Below are positions 32,824 through 44,501 of a stretch of DNA of 64,000 nucleotides, one piece after another (the first letter of the stretch is position 1; each line of letters opens with the position of its first letter). The position numbers and the translations under genes were made by a program. Below the pieces are notes generated by a model. That model searched no databases and had not been told where the DNA came from. It saw only the letters and a program-made list of their open reading frames with translations. The DNA is from an uncultured SAR86 cluster bacterium. GTDB lineage: Bacteria > Pseudomonadota > Gammaproteobacteria > Magnimaribacterales > AG-339-G14. The DNA lies in contig CABXRO010000003.1 of the NCBI GenBank assembly GCA_902514645.1, positions 1,068 to 65,067 of the forward strand. The letters run 5' to 3'.

Positions 32824-34299
32824 TTAATCTTCTAACCACTCTTGTCTTGCTGACATTATAAGTTTAGCCGCTCTTTCATCATCCATTTCAAAAATTTCAG
32901 TCAATTCATCTGTAGCTAAATCAGCTAAATTCTCTACTGTAAGAATTTCATTTTTAACTAACAACTCTAATTCTTCTTCGGAAAAACCATCAGATGTTTC
33001 TAATTTTCTTGCTTCCTTAGTTTCATCTTCCAATTCATCTTCATCCAATTCCGACAAAGCAATTTCAAGAAGAGACTCTTCTGCTCTTTCTATTAAAGTT
33101 GAAGCAACCTCTTCTTCTAGACCATCAATGTCTACAAAATCTTCTATTTTTGATTCAGATATTTTTTGAACAGTTTCAAGATTATTTTCTATTAGTTTTG
33201 ATGCTAAATTTCTATCGACACCAAGATATTCAATTAACTTAGAAATTTCTGTATCTTCTTCTCCTGATGACTCTCCTTTAATTTGTATTTGCCAGCCTAA
33301 TAGTTCAGAAGTTAGTCGGATGTTCTGGCCACTCTTACCAATTGCAAGAGCTAGATTTTCATCTTTTACAACTACCTCCATAGATTGATTTTCATCGTCC
33401 ATTACAATTGATAGAATTTCTGCAGGTGCTAAAGTATTTACAAGTAACTTGGCTTGATCATCTTCCCAGACAACAATATCAATTCTCTCATTCCCTAACT
33501 CATTTGATACAGCTTGAACTCTAGAACCTCTCATGCCAACACAAGCTCCAACAGGATCGATTCTTGCATCATTAGTTTTTACAGCAATTTTTGTTCTAGC
33601 TCCTGCTTCTCTGGCAACTGCTCTAACCTCAATTACTTCTTCAGCAATTTCAGGAACCTCTAGCTTAAACAATTCTGATACCATCTCTTTAGAGCTCCTG
33701 CTTAAAACTAATTGAGGGCCTCTATTCTCCCGAATACTTTCTTCAAGAATTCCTTTTATTCTGTCGCCAACTCGATAAATTTCCCCTTGAATAAGATCTT
33801 TTCTTGGCAAAGAAGCTTCAGCATTGTCTCCAAGATCAACAATAATAAACTCCCGGGTGACTTTTTTTACAGATCCTGACACTAATTGTCCTAAAGAAGG
33901 TCTAAATCTTTTAATAATTTCTAACCTTTCGGCATCTCTTACTTTTTGGACAATAACTTGTTTAGCAGCTTGCGCGGCTATTCTTCCAAATTCAGCATTT
34001 TCAACTTGCTCTTTGAATTTATCACCGACTTTAAGATCATTTTCTTCTGCAAAATCACTGTCGACTAAAATGTGCAATTCGCTATCTTCATAATTCTCGA
34101 AATCTACAACATCTTTATATCTAAAGGTTTGATAATCTCCACTAGATTGATCGATATCAACAAGAATGTTTACTTCTTCTTTGTATCTCTTCTTTACAGC
34201 ACTTGCAAGAGCGAATTCTATTGCCTCAAAGATTGTTTCCCTTGGCAGATCTTTCTCATTTGAAACTGAATCTGCAACTAATAATATTTCTTCATTCAT
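32824..34299 (-). CDS. nusA: Transcription termination/antitermination factor NusA
   Basis: FGRIAAQAAKQ, DPVGACVGMRGSRV, AIGKSGQNIRL; acidic C-terminal repeats. Confidence 0.98.
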   Translation of the reverse strand: MNEEILLVADSVSNEKDLPRETIFEAIEFALASAVKKRYKEEVNILVDIDQSSGDYQTFRYKDVVDFENYEDSELHILVDSDFAEENDLKVGDKFKEQVENAEFGRIAAQAAKQVIVQKVRDAERLEIIKRFRPSLGQLVSGSVKKVTREFIIVDLGDNAEASLPRKDLIQGEIYRVGDRIKGILEESIRENRGPQLVLSRSSKEMVSELFKLEVPEIAEEVIEVRAVAREAGARTKIAVKTNDARIDPVGACVGMRGSRVQAVSNELGNERIDIVVWEDDQAKLLVNTLAPAEILSIVMDDENQSMEVVVKDENLALAIGKSGQNIRLTSELLGWQIQIKGESSGEEDTEISKLIEYLGVDRNLASKLIENNLETVQKISESKIEDFVDIDGLEEEVASTLIERAEESLLEIALSELDEDELEDETKEARKLETSDGFSEEELELLVKNEILTVENLADLATDELTEIFEMDDERAAKLIMSARQEWLED

Positions 34300-34747
34300 T
34301 TATAGCCCCTAATAAATTTGAGGATAAATAATCCCCAGCCAAGATTTGATAAATTTCTCCTTGTGAAGCTAAAGAAATTTCTTCATTAGATACTTCTTTT
34401 AACTCACCCTTTAATTTGCATTTTTTTCCATCTAAAAAGCAAGAGAGGTTAATTGTTTCGCCTAAATAGTCTTTAAGTTGACTGATATTAAAAAATTTAC
34501 GGTCAATTCCAGGTGATGAAACTTCTAGACTGAAATTAAAATTCAGTTCCGAGAAATTATCTAAAACTTCTCTTGCTTGAATATTAACATTCTCGCAATC
34601 TTCCAAAGTTACCAAATCATTTTTTTTATCGATGTAAATAACTATATGCTTTGAAAAGGAACCGCCAGAAATTTCTATTCCCCAAATGGAACAATCTAGG
34701 CTCTCAATATCCTTTTTTAAAATATCAGCAATCTTTTGTTCAAGCAT
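34292..34747 (-). CDS. rimP: Ribosome maturation factor RimP
   Basis: IYID, LEDC, LEVSSPGIDR. Probable start is ATG 34747. Confidence 0.92.
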   Translation of the reverse strand: MLEQKIADILKKDIESLDCSIWGIEISGGSFSKHIVIYIDKKNDLVTLEDCENVNIQAREVLDNFSELNFNFSLEVSSPGIDRKFFNISQLKDYLGETINLSCFLDGKKCKLKGELKEVSNEEISLASQGEIYQILAGDYLSSNLLGAINE

Positions 34748-34764
34748 TTTTCTTTTACATAACA

Positions 34765-34786
34765 AATAGGCCCTAAAGGGCCTATT
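34765..34786 (-). promoter_or_regulatory. rimP leader hairpin (terminator-like)
   Basis: Perfect 9-bp stem AATAGGCCC-TTTA-GGGCCTATT followed by TGTT on the minus strand, just upstream of rimP. Confidence 0.7.
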
Positions 34787-34832
34787 AAAAATTCTTAACT
34801 AACAAGTTAGTCAAAACAATAATTTGAAAGCG

Positions 34833-34861
34833 AGTATAGGAGTATAGAGAAGAATGGTCAA
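34833..34861 (-). promoter_or_regulatory. Sigma70 promoter for the rimP-nusA-infB operon
   Basis: TTGACC-17 nt-TATACT followed by CGC. Confidence 0.72.
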
Positions 34862-34874
34862 TAGTTGTCTAGTT

Positions 34875-34951
<77 letters not shown>

Positions 34952-34963
34952 AAAAGCTTGGCG

Positions 34964-34992
34964 AGTATAGGATTAAGTTCTAATTAGGTCAA
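34964..34992 (-). promoter_or_regulatory. Sigma70 promoter for tRNA-fMet
   Basis: TTGACC-17 nt-TATACT followed by CGCC, 12 nt upstream of the tRNA. Confidence 0.72.
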
Positions 34993-34997
34993 GTTAA

Positions 34998-35084
34998 TGG
35001 TGCCGAAGAGAGGATTTGAACCTCCACGGACCTAAGTCCACTACCCCCTCAAGATAGCGTGTCTACCAATTCCACCACTTCGGC
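34998..35084 (-). tRNA. tRNA-Leu(GAG)
   Basis: GCCGAAG/CTTCGGC acceptor stem, anticodon loop TTGAGGG, long variable arm, CCA; leuU position after secG. Confidence 0.96.
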
Positions 35085-35086
35085 AA

Positions 35087-35407
35087 TTACTCAGGGAGAT
35101 CTTCAATTAAAGACTCTTCTTCTAAGATTTCTTGAGAAATCTTTGAGTTTTTAAAGACTTCTAACTCAGAATCTAAAGAAGTTTTTTGATATGCTGAAAT
35201 TACTACAGTAATTGAAAAAAAAGCAATCACTAAACCCCAAGTTATCTTAGTTAAGATATTTGTAGCATCTGCAGGAGCAAACATCGCATTGTTATTTCCG
35301 CCTCCAAAAGCTGACCCAATATCTGCACCTTTTCCATGTTGAAGTAAAATTATTACTACCAAGGAAATGGCAATCAATACCTGTAAAACTATGAATACTG
35401 TAATCAT
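35087..35407 (-). CDS. secG: Preprotein translocase subunit SecG
   Basis: ILLQHGKGADIGSAFGGG and NILTKIT; two TMs. Confidence 0.95.
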   Translation of the reverse strand: MITVFIVLQVLIAISLVVIILLQHGKGADIGSAFGGGNNNAMFAPADATNILTKITWGLVIAFFSITVVISAYQKTSLDSELEVFKNSKISQEILEEESLIEDLPE

Positions 35408-36156
35408 GATTTAATTTTCGAAGCGATAATAGCAAATTGTTCGCCGTCAAGCGAAGAATTTCCTACAAGACAGCCATCAATTCCAGGAATAGAAATTATT
35501 TCTTCAATGTTACTTTTTGAGACACTTCCTCCATATAAAACAGGGCAATAAATCTTCTTTTCTTCAAGAAAATCTAAAATGATAGAAACTGATGAGGAGA
35601 TATTTTCTGAATCTGCTTCTTTTCCTGTGCCAATGGCCCATATTGGTTCGTAAGCTAAAAGATCTGGCGAGACATTGTTTTTACAAAAAGTCTTGAGCTG
35701 ATTTAATAGAAAAGATTTTTTATTTTTGTTCTCAAGAATTTCTAAAGCTTCCCCGATGCAGAAAATATTCGACAATTCATCTTCTTTTAACTTAAAACCT
35801 TTTTCAAAAATAATCTTTTCTGAGTCGCCATTTTCTCTCAACTCTGAATGACCAATAATAGAGCCTTCGATGCCAACTTTTTTTAAAAATTTAGATGAAA
35901 TCTGTCCAGTAAAAGCTCCTTCTTCATGTTGAGAAACATCTTGGGCAAAGAGAGAAATTTTATTAAAAATTGCATTTTTTGAACTTTTAATTTTTTTTGA
36001 AAGCACATAGTAATCATATAAATTTAGACAAACTATTAATTTTAATTCATCAGATTTTGGAAAGTTGTTTTGAGAACTAACAACATTTATAAATTCTCGC
36101 TCCCAAACATCCAAATCGACTGAATTCATTTTCCAGTTAGCAATCAGATATTTCAT
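35404..36156 (-). CDS. tpiA: Triosephosphate isomerase
   Basis: ANWKMN, GAFTG, GHSE, AYEPIWAIGTG, LYGGSV. Confidence 0.95.
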   Translation of the reverse strand: MKYLIANWKMNSVDLDVWEREFINVVSSQNNFPKSDELKLIVCLNLYDYYVLSKKIKSSKNAIFNKISLFAQDVSQHEEGAFTGQISSKFLKKVGIEGSIIGHSELRENGDSEKIIFEKGFKLKEDELSNIFCIGEALEILENKNKKSFLLNQLKTFCKNNVSPDLLAYEPIWAIGTGKEADSENISSSVSIILDFLEEKKIYCPVLYGGSVSKSNIEEIISIPGIDGCLVGNSSLDGEQFAIIASKIKS

Positions 36157-36162
36157 GAATAG

Positions 36163-37521
36163 TTAGGCTAATTCTTTAGCAAGTTCCGTGAGTTGCTTAC
36201 TGTAAGTCTGAGTCACTTTAAACTCTTTGGCTTCCACTAAAATTCTCAATAAAGGCTCAGTTCCTGATTTTCTCACTAAAATCTTACCGTCAAATTCTGA
36301 AATTTCATTTTGGGATTTTTCACAAGAATCTTTAAATTTTTTGTTAGACAAAATATTCTCAGCATTTGTAACTTCAATGTTTGTAAGTATCTGTGGATAT
36401 TTTTCAAAAGAAGCAAGAATTTCATTTAGTGGCTTTCCAAAAGTAAGAAACGCTTCAAAAAATTTAATAGCAGCAATAATTGCATCGCCCGTTGCGACGC
36501 TGTCTAAACAAATGATATGTCCTGACTGCTCGCCGCCAAGCTGCCATCCAAGCTCTAAAAGCTTTTCCATAACATATTTATCTCCAACCTTAGATCTTAT
36601 TAATTCGATGCCCATTTCAGATAAAACATTTTCTAAACCTTTATTAGTCATGTCTGTTCCAACAACGCCTTTAGATCCGAGAACAATCTGATTTTCAAAT
36701 TTAAATTTCGCCAATAAAAATAAAATATCATCTCCATCCAAGGCTTTTGCTTCTGAATCAACTATGATTAATCTATCGCCATCGCCATCAAAAGCAATTC
36801 CAAAATCAGCACTATTATCTAGTACGGCTTTTTTTAATACGTTTAGATCCGTCGATCCGCAATTTTGATTAATATTTAGGCCATTTGGATCATCTGATAT
36901 GGCAACTACTTTAGCGCCTAATTCTCTAAAAACTTTCGGCGCAACATCATATGTCGCCCCATTTGCTGTATCGATAACAATTTTTAAATTATTCAAGCTA
37001 AGTTCTTTAGATAGAGAGTTTTTGCAGTATTCGATATAACGACCGCTCGCATCTGATAGTCTAGATGCCTTTCCTAAATTTTCAGGTTCTACAACTTTAA
37101 TAGGTTCTGAAATTTTTTGTTCAATCAAAAGTTCTAATTCATCTGAGATTTTTTGTCCTTTGTCATCAAAAAATTTTATCCCATTATCCTCATATGAATT
37201 ATGAGATGCGCTTATGACGATTCCCGCCTGGCTTTTAAAAGTACTAACTAAATAAGATATTGCAGGAGTTGGCAATGGGCCAACTAAACGAACATTCAAG
37301 CCTGAAGAAATTATTCCTGCCTGAAGAGCCGCCTCCAACATGTAGCCTGAAATTCTTGTATCTTTGCCAATGATAAATGAAGATATTTCTTGACCTTTTA
37401 GCACTTCCCCTGCAGCCCACCCCAGTTTAAGGATGAAATCTGGGCTGGTTTTAGAAGAAATTGGTCCTCTGATACCATCTGTACCAAAGAATTTCTTTTT
37501 CGCATTTATTATGTTGGCCAT
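36163..37521 (-). CDS. glmM: Phosphoglucosamine mutase
   Basis: FGTDGIRG, GKDTRISG, ISASHN, DGDGDR, GGEQSGH, RKSGTEP. Confidence 0.97.
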   Translation of the reverse strand: MANIINAKKKFFGTDGIRGPISSKTSPDFILKLGWAAGEVLKGQEISSFIIGKDTRISGYMLEAALQAGIISSGLNVRLVGPLPTPAISYLVSTFKSQAGIVISASHNSYEDNGIKFFDDKGQKISDELELLIEQKISEPIKVVEPENLGKASRLSDASGRYIEYCKNSLSKELSLNNLKIVIDTANGATYDVAPKVFRELGAKVVAISDDPNGLNINQNCGSTDLNVLKKAVLDNSADFGIAFDGDGDRLIIVDSEAKALDGDDILFLLAKFKFENQIVLGSKGVVGTDMTNKGLENVLSEMGIELIRSKVGDKYVMEKLLELGWQLGGEQSGHIICLDSVATGDAIIAAIKFFEAFLTFGKPLNEILASFEKYPQILTNIEVTNAENILSNKKFKDSCEKSQNEISEFDGKILVRKSGTEPLLRILVEAKEFKVTQTYSKQLTELAKELA

Positions 37522-38312
37522 ATAGTTCTCAATAAATTAACAGTTTCTTTAACATGATGAACTCTTAAAATATTTGCCCCACCTAGAGAAGCTATTATAC
37601 CAGCAGTTAAGCTTTGTTCGTTTAGATGATTCTCTTTTGTCTCAAAAAGTAACTTCAAAAACTTTTTTTGAGATAAGCCAGCTAACAAGATTCTGTCCTT
37701 TTTTATTTTCTCTAAATTAGATAATATTCTTAGATTCTGAAAAGGAGTTTTGCCATATCCGAACCCTGGATCGAAAATCAATTTTTTTATATTGAAGTTC
37801 CCTTTCTTAAATTTTACTTCTGTTTCAGAGAAAAAAAGGTCTATTTGGGTAAATATGCTTTCTTCGTTTTCAGGATTTCCTTGGTGACAAACACAAACAG
37901 GTATATTTTCATTACAGACCAAATTGAAACTTTTTTCGTCTTCAAATGAGAATACATTATTGATTAAATCAATTTTTTTTAAGATAGCTTCTTTAATTAC
38001 TTCATAATTAAATGAATCAACTGAAAAAAGGATAGGGTAATCTTTCAATTTTTCAAAAACAAACCCTAATCGATCTAATTCTTCTTGTGGAGATATTTTA
38101 GAAAATCTAGGTTTTGTACTGTGGGCGCCAATATCAATAAAATCAGCACCATCCTTAATCATTGATTCAATTGAATTAAATATTTTTAATTCATCAAAAG
38201 TATTATCTTTTTTTAGAAACTTACCGCCATCAAAAAAAGAGTCAGGTGTTAGGTTTAATACTCCCATAACTCTTGGAGTAGAAAGATCTAACTCTTTTTT
38301 TGGAAAGAGCAC
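37509..38312 (-). CDS. folP: Dihydropteroate synthase
   Basis: MGVLNLTPDSFFDGG, DPGFGYGK, LRVH; between ftsH and glmM. Confidence 0.93.
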   Translation of the reverse strand: MLFPKKELDLSTPRVMGVLNLTPDSFFDGGKFLKKDNTFDELKIFNSIESMIKDGADFIDIGAHSTKPRFSKISPQEELDRLGFVFEKLKDYPILFSVDSFNYEVIKEAILKKIDLINNVFSFEDEKSFNLVCNENIPVCVCHQGNPENEESIFTQIDLFFSETEVKFKKGNFNIKKLIFDPGFGYGKTPFQNLRILSNLEKIKKDRILLAGLSQKKFLKLLFETKENHLNEQSLTAGIIASLGGANILRVHHVKETVNLLRTIWPT

Positions 38313-38323
38313 GTTAGAAAGCT

Positions 38324-40234
38324 TTAAATTTGTTCTGCAGGATCCTTAATTGGAGGTTCTTCTCCTTTTTGATTTCCTTTATCAGAAGAAATATCATCGT
38401 CGTCATTATTTCTTGGTTTAGCTCCAGCCATGATGTCATCGATCTGATCACTGGTTAAGGTTTCAAGCTCCACTAAAGATTCAGCCATCATATGAAGCTT
38501 ATCTATATTGTCTTTTAAAACTTTTGTAGCTTTTTTGTAACAAGTATCAATGATTCTCTTTGATTCTTCATCAATTAAATTTGCAGTTTTATCTGAAACA
38601 GAATTCGATTTTGAACCTGCGCTTCTTCCAAGGAAAGGTTCGTCACCCTCTTCATCATATTTAATAGGGCCTAACTTTTCTGACAAACCCCATTTGGTGA
38701 CCATATTTCTTGCTAGTTCTGTAGCTCGCTCTATGTCGTTAGATGCTCCAGTTGTCACTCCACCCTCGCCATATATTAATTCCTCGGCAATTCTTCCTCC
38801 AAATAATCCACAAATTCTATCTAGTATGGATTCTTTGCTATAACTATATTTATCTTCTTCAGGAAGGAATACTGTTACTCCGAGAGCTCTGCCTCGAGGG
38901 ATTATTGAAACCTTATAGACTGGATCGTGGTGCTCTAAAGCTCTACCAACAATAGTATGACCTGCCTCGTGATAAGCAGTTTTTGTTTTTTCGTCTACAC
39001 TCATTACCATACTACGTCTTTCAGCGCCCATCATTACTTTATCCTTAGCAAGCTCCAATTCTTCCATGGAAACTTTCTTTTTTCCGGAGCGTGCAGCAAA
39101 CAATGCTGCTTCGTTTACTAGATTTGCCAAATCTGCTCCTGAGAAACCTGGCGTTCCTCTTGCTATGAAAGAAGTTTCGACATCTTTATCGATTGGAACT
39201 TTTCTAACATGAACGTTAAGAATTTGTTCTCTCCCTTTAATATCAGGAAGTGGCACAACCACCTGACGGTCAAACCTTCCGGGTCTTAACAAAGCAGGAT
39301 CTAAAACGTCAGGTCTGTTAGTAGCAGCAATGATAATTATGCCTTCGTTAGCTTCAAAACCATCCATCTCTACTAGGAGCTGATTAAGTGTTTGCTCCCT
39401 TTCATCATGACCGCCACCTAAACCTGCTCCTCTGTGACGACCTACTGCGTCAATTTCATCAATAAATACGATGCAGGGGGCTTGGCGTTTAGCTTGTTCA
39501 AACATGTCTCTTACTCTTGAAGCTCCAACTCCAACAAACATTTCTACAAAATCAGAACCTGAAATTGTAAAAAATGGGACTTTGGCTTCTCCAGCTATCG
39601 CTCTTGCAAGTAAAGTCTTACCTGTTCCGGGAGAGCCTACCATTAAAATACCACGTGGAATTTTTCCGCCAAGTTTTTGAAATTTTGAAGGATCTCTTAA
39701 AAAATCTACTAGTTCTTGGACCTCCTCTTTTGCCTCTTCAACCCCAGCTACGTCTCTGAATGTTGTTTTTACTTTCCCACCTTCTAACATTCTTGCTTTG
39801 CTCTTACCAAAAGACATTGGGCCGCCGCGGCCTCCCATGCCTCCTTGCATTTGACGCATGAAGAAAAAGAAGATGGCTAAAATTATTAGGATTGGAAAAC
39901 TAGCTACCAATAATTGCGTCCAAATGCTTTCTCTTTGTGGCTCTTCTCCTAAAACTTCGACTCTATGCTCAAAAAGATCTGTCATTAGTTGGTCATCTTG
40001 AACGTATAGTGGACGAGTGGTTTTAAAGGAATTTCCTTCTTGAGTAACTCCTTCAATGGTGTAACCATCGCCCTTAAAGGATACTTGGGAAATCTGATCT
40101 TTATTAACTAAAGAAACAAACTCAGAATAATTCATATTCTGTGATGGGCCTTGATTGTAAATGTTTTGTATTGCAACAAAAGTAATGCCTGATATTGCAA
40201 GCCAGACTATAATATTTCTCATTAATTGCGACAT
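38324..40234 (-). CDS. ftsH: ATP-dependent Zn metalloprotease FtsH
   Basis: Two TMs, [28 protein letters not shown]. Confidence 0.99.
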   Translation of the reverse strand: MSQLMRNIIVWLAISGITFVAIQNIYNQGPSQNMNYSEFVSLVNKDQISQVSFKGDGYTIEGVTQEGNSFKTTRPLYVQDDQLMTDLFEHRVEVLGEEPQRESIWTQLLVASFPILIILAIFFFFMRQMQGGMGGRGGPMSFGKSKARMLEGGKVKTTFRDVAGVEEAKEEVQELVDFLRDPSKFQKLGGKIPRGILMVGSPGTGKTLLARAIAGEAKVPFFTISGSDFVEMFVGVGASRVRDMFEQAKRQAPCIVFIDEIDAVGRHRGAGLGGGHDEREQTLNQLLVEMDGFEANEGIIIIAATNRPDVLDPALLRPGRFDRQVVVPLPDIKGREQILNVHVRKVPIDKDVETSFIARGTPGFSGADLANLVNEAALFAARSGKKKVSMEELELAKDKVMMGAERRSMVMSVDEKTKTAYHEAGHTIVGRALEHHDPVYKVSIIPRGRALGVTVFLPEEDKYSYSKESILDRICGLFGGRIAEELIYGEGGVTTGASNDIERATELARNMVTKWGLSEKLGPIKYDEEGDEPFLGRSAGSKSNSVSDKTANLIDEESKRIIDTCYKKATKVLKDNIDKLHMMAESLVELETLTSDQIDDIMAGAKPRNNDDDDISSDKGNQKGEEPPIKDPAEQI

Positions 40235-40239
40235 AATTC

Positions 40240-40821
40240 TTATTTTTTAAATTTTCCTAATAGATAGCATTCTTTTGAACTAACTCTCGATGCTTCTGGT
40301 TTAATTCTTATCACCTCTTTGAAGTTCTTTTTCATATACTGTTTTAAATGATCAAAAGAACTTCCTTGAAAACATTTTGCTAGAAAAGAACCTCCTTTTA
40401 CAAGACATTTATTTATTAGATATATCTCTATATTCAAAAGTTCAATCATATTTTCACTATCGGTAATACCAATACCACTTAAATTGGGGGCAATATCTGA
40501 TAAAACAAGGTCAAAATGGTTTTTTAGATCATTATCTTCAACTTCTAATAAATCCTTTTGTAAAAAAATAATACCCTCAATTTTAGCCATTGGCAGTATG
40601 TCTATGCCTGTAATGTGAGCTTTCCCTTTTGTTAGCTCTTTTACAACTTGAATCCAGCTCCCTGGAGCACAACCGATATCTAAAATATTTTGATTTTGTT
40701 TGATTAAATTGTGTGACTTATTTATCTGTTTTAATTTATATGCTGCTCTTGACCTATAGCCATCTTGTTTTGAAAGCTTGTTAAACCTTTCTCCGCCTGT
40801 GTAGTTGGGATTTTTGGTCAA
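40240..40821 (-). CDS. rlmE: 23S rRNA Um2552 methyltransferase
   Basis: [36 protein letters not shown]. Confidence 0.95.
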   Translation of the reverse strand: MTKNPNYTGGERFNKLSKQDGYRSRAAYKLKQINKSHNLIKQNQNILDIGCAPGSWIQVVKELTKGKAHITGIDILPMAKIEGIIFLQKDLLEVEDNDLKNHFDLVLSDIAPNLSGIGITDSENMIELLNIEIYLINKCLVKGGSFLAKCFQGSSFDHLKQYMKKNFKEVIRIKPEASRVSSKECYLLGKFKK

Positions 40822-40822
40822 A

Positions 40823-41302
40823 TTAAATGTGCTTAATAGCTACTATTTCGTATTCTTGAGGGCCAGCAGGGCTTTCAAACTTTGCGATATCACCCTCACC
40901 CTTGCCTATAAGCGCTCTAGCTAAAGGAGAGGAAAAAGAGATTTTGCCCTCATTTACATTTGCTTCATCTTCGCCAACTATTTTGAAAATCACTTCTTCA
41001 TCTTTCCCTAAATCATAAAGATCCAACGTGACGCCAAAAATTACTTTGCCGGAAGGAGGTATTGCTGTTACGTCTATGACTTGAGAATTCGTTAATTTAG
41101 ACTCTATCTCTCTGATTCTTGCTTCTGTCAGCCCTTGTTGTTCTTTAGCTGCATGATATTCAGCATTTTCCTTCAAATCACCAAGCTCTCTGGCTGCAGC
41201 GATTTCTTTGGACAATTGAATTCTTACATTTTTTGTAAGATGTTCGTGTTCTGCGCGTAAGGCTTTCTCACCTTCCACAGTCATTGGGGCTTTATCAGTC
41301 AT
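40823..41302 (-). CDS. greA: Transcription elongation factor GreA
   Basis: ARELGDLKENAEYHAAKEQQ, ISFSSPLARALIG. Confidence 0.97.
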   Translation of the reverse strand: MTDKAPMTVEGEKALRAEHEHLTKNVRIQLSKEIAAARELGDLKENAEYHAAKEQQGLTEARIREIESKLTNSQVIDVTAIPPSGKVIFGVTLDLYDLGKDEEVIFKIVGEDEANVNEGKISFSSPLARALIGKGEGDIAKFESPAGPQEYEIVAIKHI

Positions 41303-41306
41303 ATCC

Positions 41307-44300
41307 TCAATGGATATCTTGAAGTTTTTTTACCCTCCAATCAACCTGATTTTCTATTACCTTGCATATCGCTCTTGCACCTTCAATAGTGGTAGAACTA
41401 CATATCTTTTGATCCAAGGCAGTTCGTCTAATTGATGCTGAATCGGTGATTGATTCTCTTCCTTCAGTGGTATTAACCACAAGACTGATTTCTTTATTTT
41501 TCATCAAATCAACGATATGCGGCCTACCTTCCAGAACTTTATTTATTTTCTTTACTTTAAAGCCCATGTCTTCTAGATCTCTTGCAGTTCCTCTAGTAGC
41601 TACTAACTTAAAGCCTGAGTTGGTTAAACTTTTAGCAAGTTCTTCTAGATAAGTTTTGTCTGTATTTCTAACACTCAAGAATGCAGATCCTTTCAAGGGT
41701 ATTGATACTCCAGCGGCTATTTCAGCCTTTTCAAATGCTTCGATAAATGATGGCGCTATTCCCATGACCTCACCCGTAGATCTCATTTCTGGACCCAAAA
41801 TAGGGTCAACTGCCTGGAATTTTTCAAAAGGAAGCACTGCCTCTTTTACCGAATAAAATTTAGGTTTTTTGAATTTAGTGATCCCTAAAGTTTTTAAACT
41901 TTTACCAGACATTATTTGAGCAGCAATTTTTGCCAATGGAGAACCAATGGCTTTTGAAACAAAAGGAATAGTTCGAGAGGCTCTAGGATTGACTTCTAGT
42001 AAATATATTTCTTCATTTGCATAGGCTAGTTGGATATTGACCAAACCAGAAATTTTCATGTTCTTGATGACTTTGATTGCAGTGGCTTCTATTTCTGCAA
42101 GAAGTTTTTTATTAATGCTATATGGAGGAATAGAACAAGCCGAATCACCGGAATGGACTCCTGCCTGTTCAATATGTTGAAGTACTCCACAGATAATATG
42201 ATTTTTACCATCGCTTATTGCCTCCACATCAAACTCAATCGCTAAGTCTAAAAACTTATCAATCAGAACTGGATTTTTTGTATCCACATCTAAAGCTTCG
42301 GTTAAGTATTTTTTTAAATCTTCATCATCGTAGACAATTTCCATAGCTCGTCCACCTAAAACATAAGAAGGTCTTACTACGACTGGATAGCCAATTCGAT
42401 TGGCAATCTTGATTGCTTGAGCATTATTAGATGCCATGCCATTTTCAGGTTGAAGCAGTTTATTTTCCTGTACAAACTTTTGAAATCTAGAACGATCCTC
42501 CGATAAATCAATTTGATCCGGGGAAGTACCTAAAATTGGAACACCGTTTTTTTCTAAATCTTTGGCAAGTTTGAGTGGGGTTTGTCCACCATATTGAATA
42601 ATTAGACCTTTGGGTTTTTCCACTTCGTAAATTTCTAAGACATCTTCTAAAGTGATTGGCTCAAAATAAAGCCTATCGGAGGTATCGTAATCAGTAGAAA
42701 CCGTCTCCGGATTACAATTTACCATGATGGTTTCGAAACCCTCCTCTTTTAAAACTTGAGCAGCGTGCACACAGCAATAGTCAAATTCAATTCCTTGGCC
42801 AATTCTATTTGGGCCGCCGCCAAGAACCATGATTTTTTTATTCTTAGTAGGATTGGATTCACACTCGTCTTGATAAGTTGAATACATGTATGCCGTTGAA
42901 GTTTCAAACTCTGCAGCACAAGTATCTACTCTTTTAAAGACTGGTTTGATTTTAAACCTTCTTCTTTTTGTTCGAATCTCCTTTTCAGACTTACCTGTTA
43001 ACTCCGCAATTCTTTGATCTGAGAAACCAATTTTTTTGGCTTCAAGGAATAAATCTCGCGAAGTAAGAAATTTTTTAGATTTAATGATTTTTTCAAAATT
43101 AATAATTTCTTGAACTTCTTTTAAAAACCAAAGATCGATACCAGTAAAAGCTTGGATTTCATTAATATCCATTCCTTTTCTGAAGGCCTCTCCTATGAAC
43201 CAAAGTCTCTCAGGAGTTGGTGTAATCAGTCTCGGTTTGATAGCTTTAATGTTAATAGCTTGTTCAGGAGTCTCGAAACCTGAAGAGCCAATTTCCAAAC
43301 CACGCATGGCTTTTTGCAATGATTCTTTAAAGTTGGAACCAATAGCCATAACTTCGCCAACTGATTTCATTTGAGAAGTCAGCGTAGGATTAGCACCTGC
43401 AAATTTTTCAAAATTAAATCTTGGGATTTTTGTTACGACATAATCAATCGTAGGTTCAAAAGAAGCAGGTATAGACTCTTTACTAATATCGTTTTTCAAT
43501 TCATCCAAAGTAAAACCTACGGCAAGTTTTGCCGCTATCTTAGCAATTGGAAAACCTGTGGCTTTGGAAGCCAAGGCAGAAGATCTGGAGACTCTAGGAT
43601 TCATTTCAATGACAACCATCTCTCCATCTTCTGGGTTAATGGCAAACTGGACATTTGATCCACCAGTCTCAACACCTATTTCTCTTAAAATAGCCATTGA
43701 GGCATTGCGCATCGTTTGATATTCCTTATCAGTCAGAGTTTGGGCTGGGGCTACAGTAATCGAATCGCCAGTATGAACTCCCATCGGATCGAAGTTTTCA
43801 ATGGAACAGATAATGATGCAGTTATCGGCTTTATCTCTAACGACTTCCATCTCGTATTCTTTCCAACCAGCAAGATATTTATCAATATATAGTTCTGAAG
43901 TAGGCGATAAATCCAAGCCTCTATGACAAATCTCCTCAAACTCATCACTGTTGTAGGCAATCCCTCCACCGGAACCACCTAAAGTAAAGTTGGGTCTTAT
44001 GATGCATGGATAACCAACTAATTCTTGAACTTCCCAGCACTCTTCAATGTTATGTGCCAGTTTAGCTAAAGGTACTTTGAGGCCAATTTTCTCCATTGCA
44101 GCAGCAAAGAGTTCACGATCTTCCGCTTTATCGATTGCTTCCTTTGAAGCACCAATCAATTCGATATTGTATTTTTTGAGAATGCCTTCTTTATTGAGAT
44201 CCAGAGCTACGTTTAGACCTGTTTGACCGCCCATAGTAGGCAAAATGGCATCGGGTTTTTCAATCTTAATAATCTTTTCCAAAGATTGCCATGTGATGGG

Positions 44301-44501
44301 TTCGATGTAGGTAGCATCTGCCAAGTCAGGATCGGTCATAATTGTGGCAGGATTAGAATTTACCAAGATGACTTTATAGCCCTCTTCTCTCAAAGCTTTA
44401 CAAGCTTGAACTCCAGAATAATCAAACTCACAAGCTTGACCAATGATGATTGGTCCTGCGCCAATGATCAAAACGGATTTGATATCAGTTCTTTTTGGCA
44501 T
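41307..44501 (-). CDS. carB: Carbamoyl-phosphate synthase large subunit
   Basis: [17 protein letters not shown], duplicated ATP-grasp domains, MGS domain. Confidence 0.99.
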   Translation of the reverse strand: MPKRTDIKSVLIIGAGPIIIGQACEFDYSGVQACKALREEGYKVILVNSNPATIMTDPDLADATYIEPITWQSLEKIIKIEKPDAILPTMGGQTGLNVALDLNKEGILKKYNIELIGASKEAIDKAEDRELFAAAMEKIGLKVPLAKLAHNIEECWEVQELVGYPCIIRPNFTLGGSGGGIAYNSDEFEEICHRGLDLSPTSELYIDKYLAGWKEYEMEVVRDKADNCIIICSIENFDPMGVHTGDSITVAPAQTLTDKEYQTMRNASMAILREIGVETGGSNVQFAINPEDGEMVVIEMNPRVSRSSALASKATGFPIAKIAAKLAVGFTLDELKNDISKESIPASFEPTIDYVVTKIPRFNFEKFAGANPTLTSQMKSVGEVMAIGSNFKESLQKAMRGLEIGSSGFETPEQAINIKAIKPRLITPTPERLWFIGEAFRKGMDINEIQAFTGIDLWFLKEVQEIINFEKIIKSKKFLTSRDLFLEAKKIGFSDQRIAELTGKSEKEIRTKRRRFKIKPVFKRVDTCAAEFETSTAYMYSTYQDECESNPTKNKKIMVLGGGPNRIGQGIEFDYCCVHAAQVLKEEGFETIMVNCNPETVSTDYDTSDRLYFEPITLEDVLEIYEVEKPKGLIIQYGGQTPLKLAKDLEKNGVPILGTSPDQIDLSEDRSRFQKFVQENKLLQPENGMASNNAQAIKIANRIGYPVVVRPSYVLGGRAMEIVYDDEDLKKYLTEALDVDTKNPVLIDKFLDLAIEFDVEAISDGKNHIICGVLQHIEQAGVHSGDSACSIPPYSINKKLLAEIEATAIKVIKNMKISGLVNIQLAYANEEIYLLEVNPRASRTIPFVSKAIGSPLAKIAAQIMSGKSLKTLGITKFKKPKFYSVKEAVLPFEKFQAVDPILGPEMRSTGEVMGIAPSFIEAFEKAEIAAGVSIPLKGSAFLSVRNTDKTYLEELAKSLTNSGFKLVATRGTARDLEDMGFKVKKINKVLEGRPHIVDLMKNKEISLVVNTTEGRESITDSASIRRTALDQKICSSTTIEGARAICKVIENQVDWRVKKLQDIH

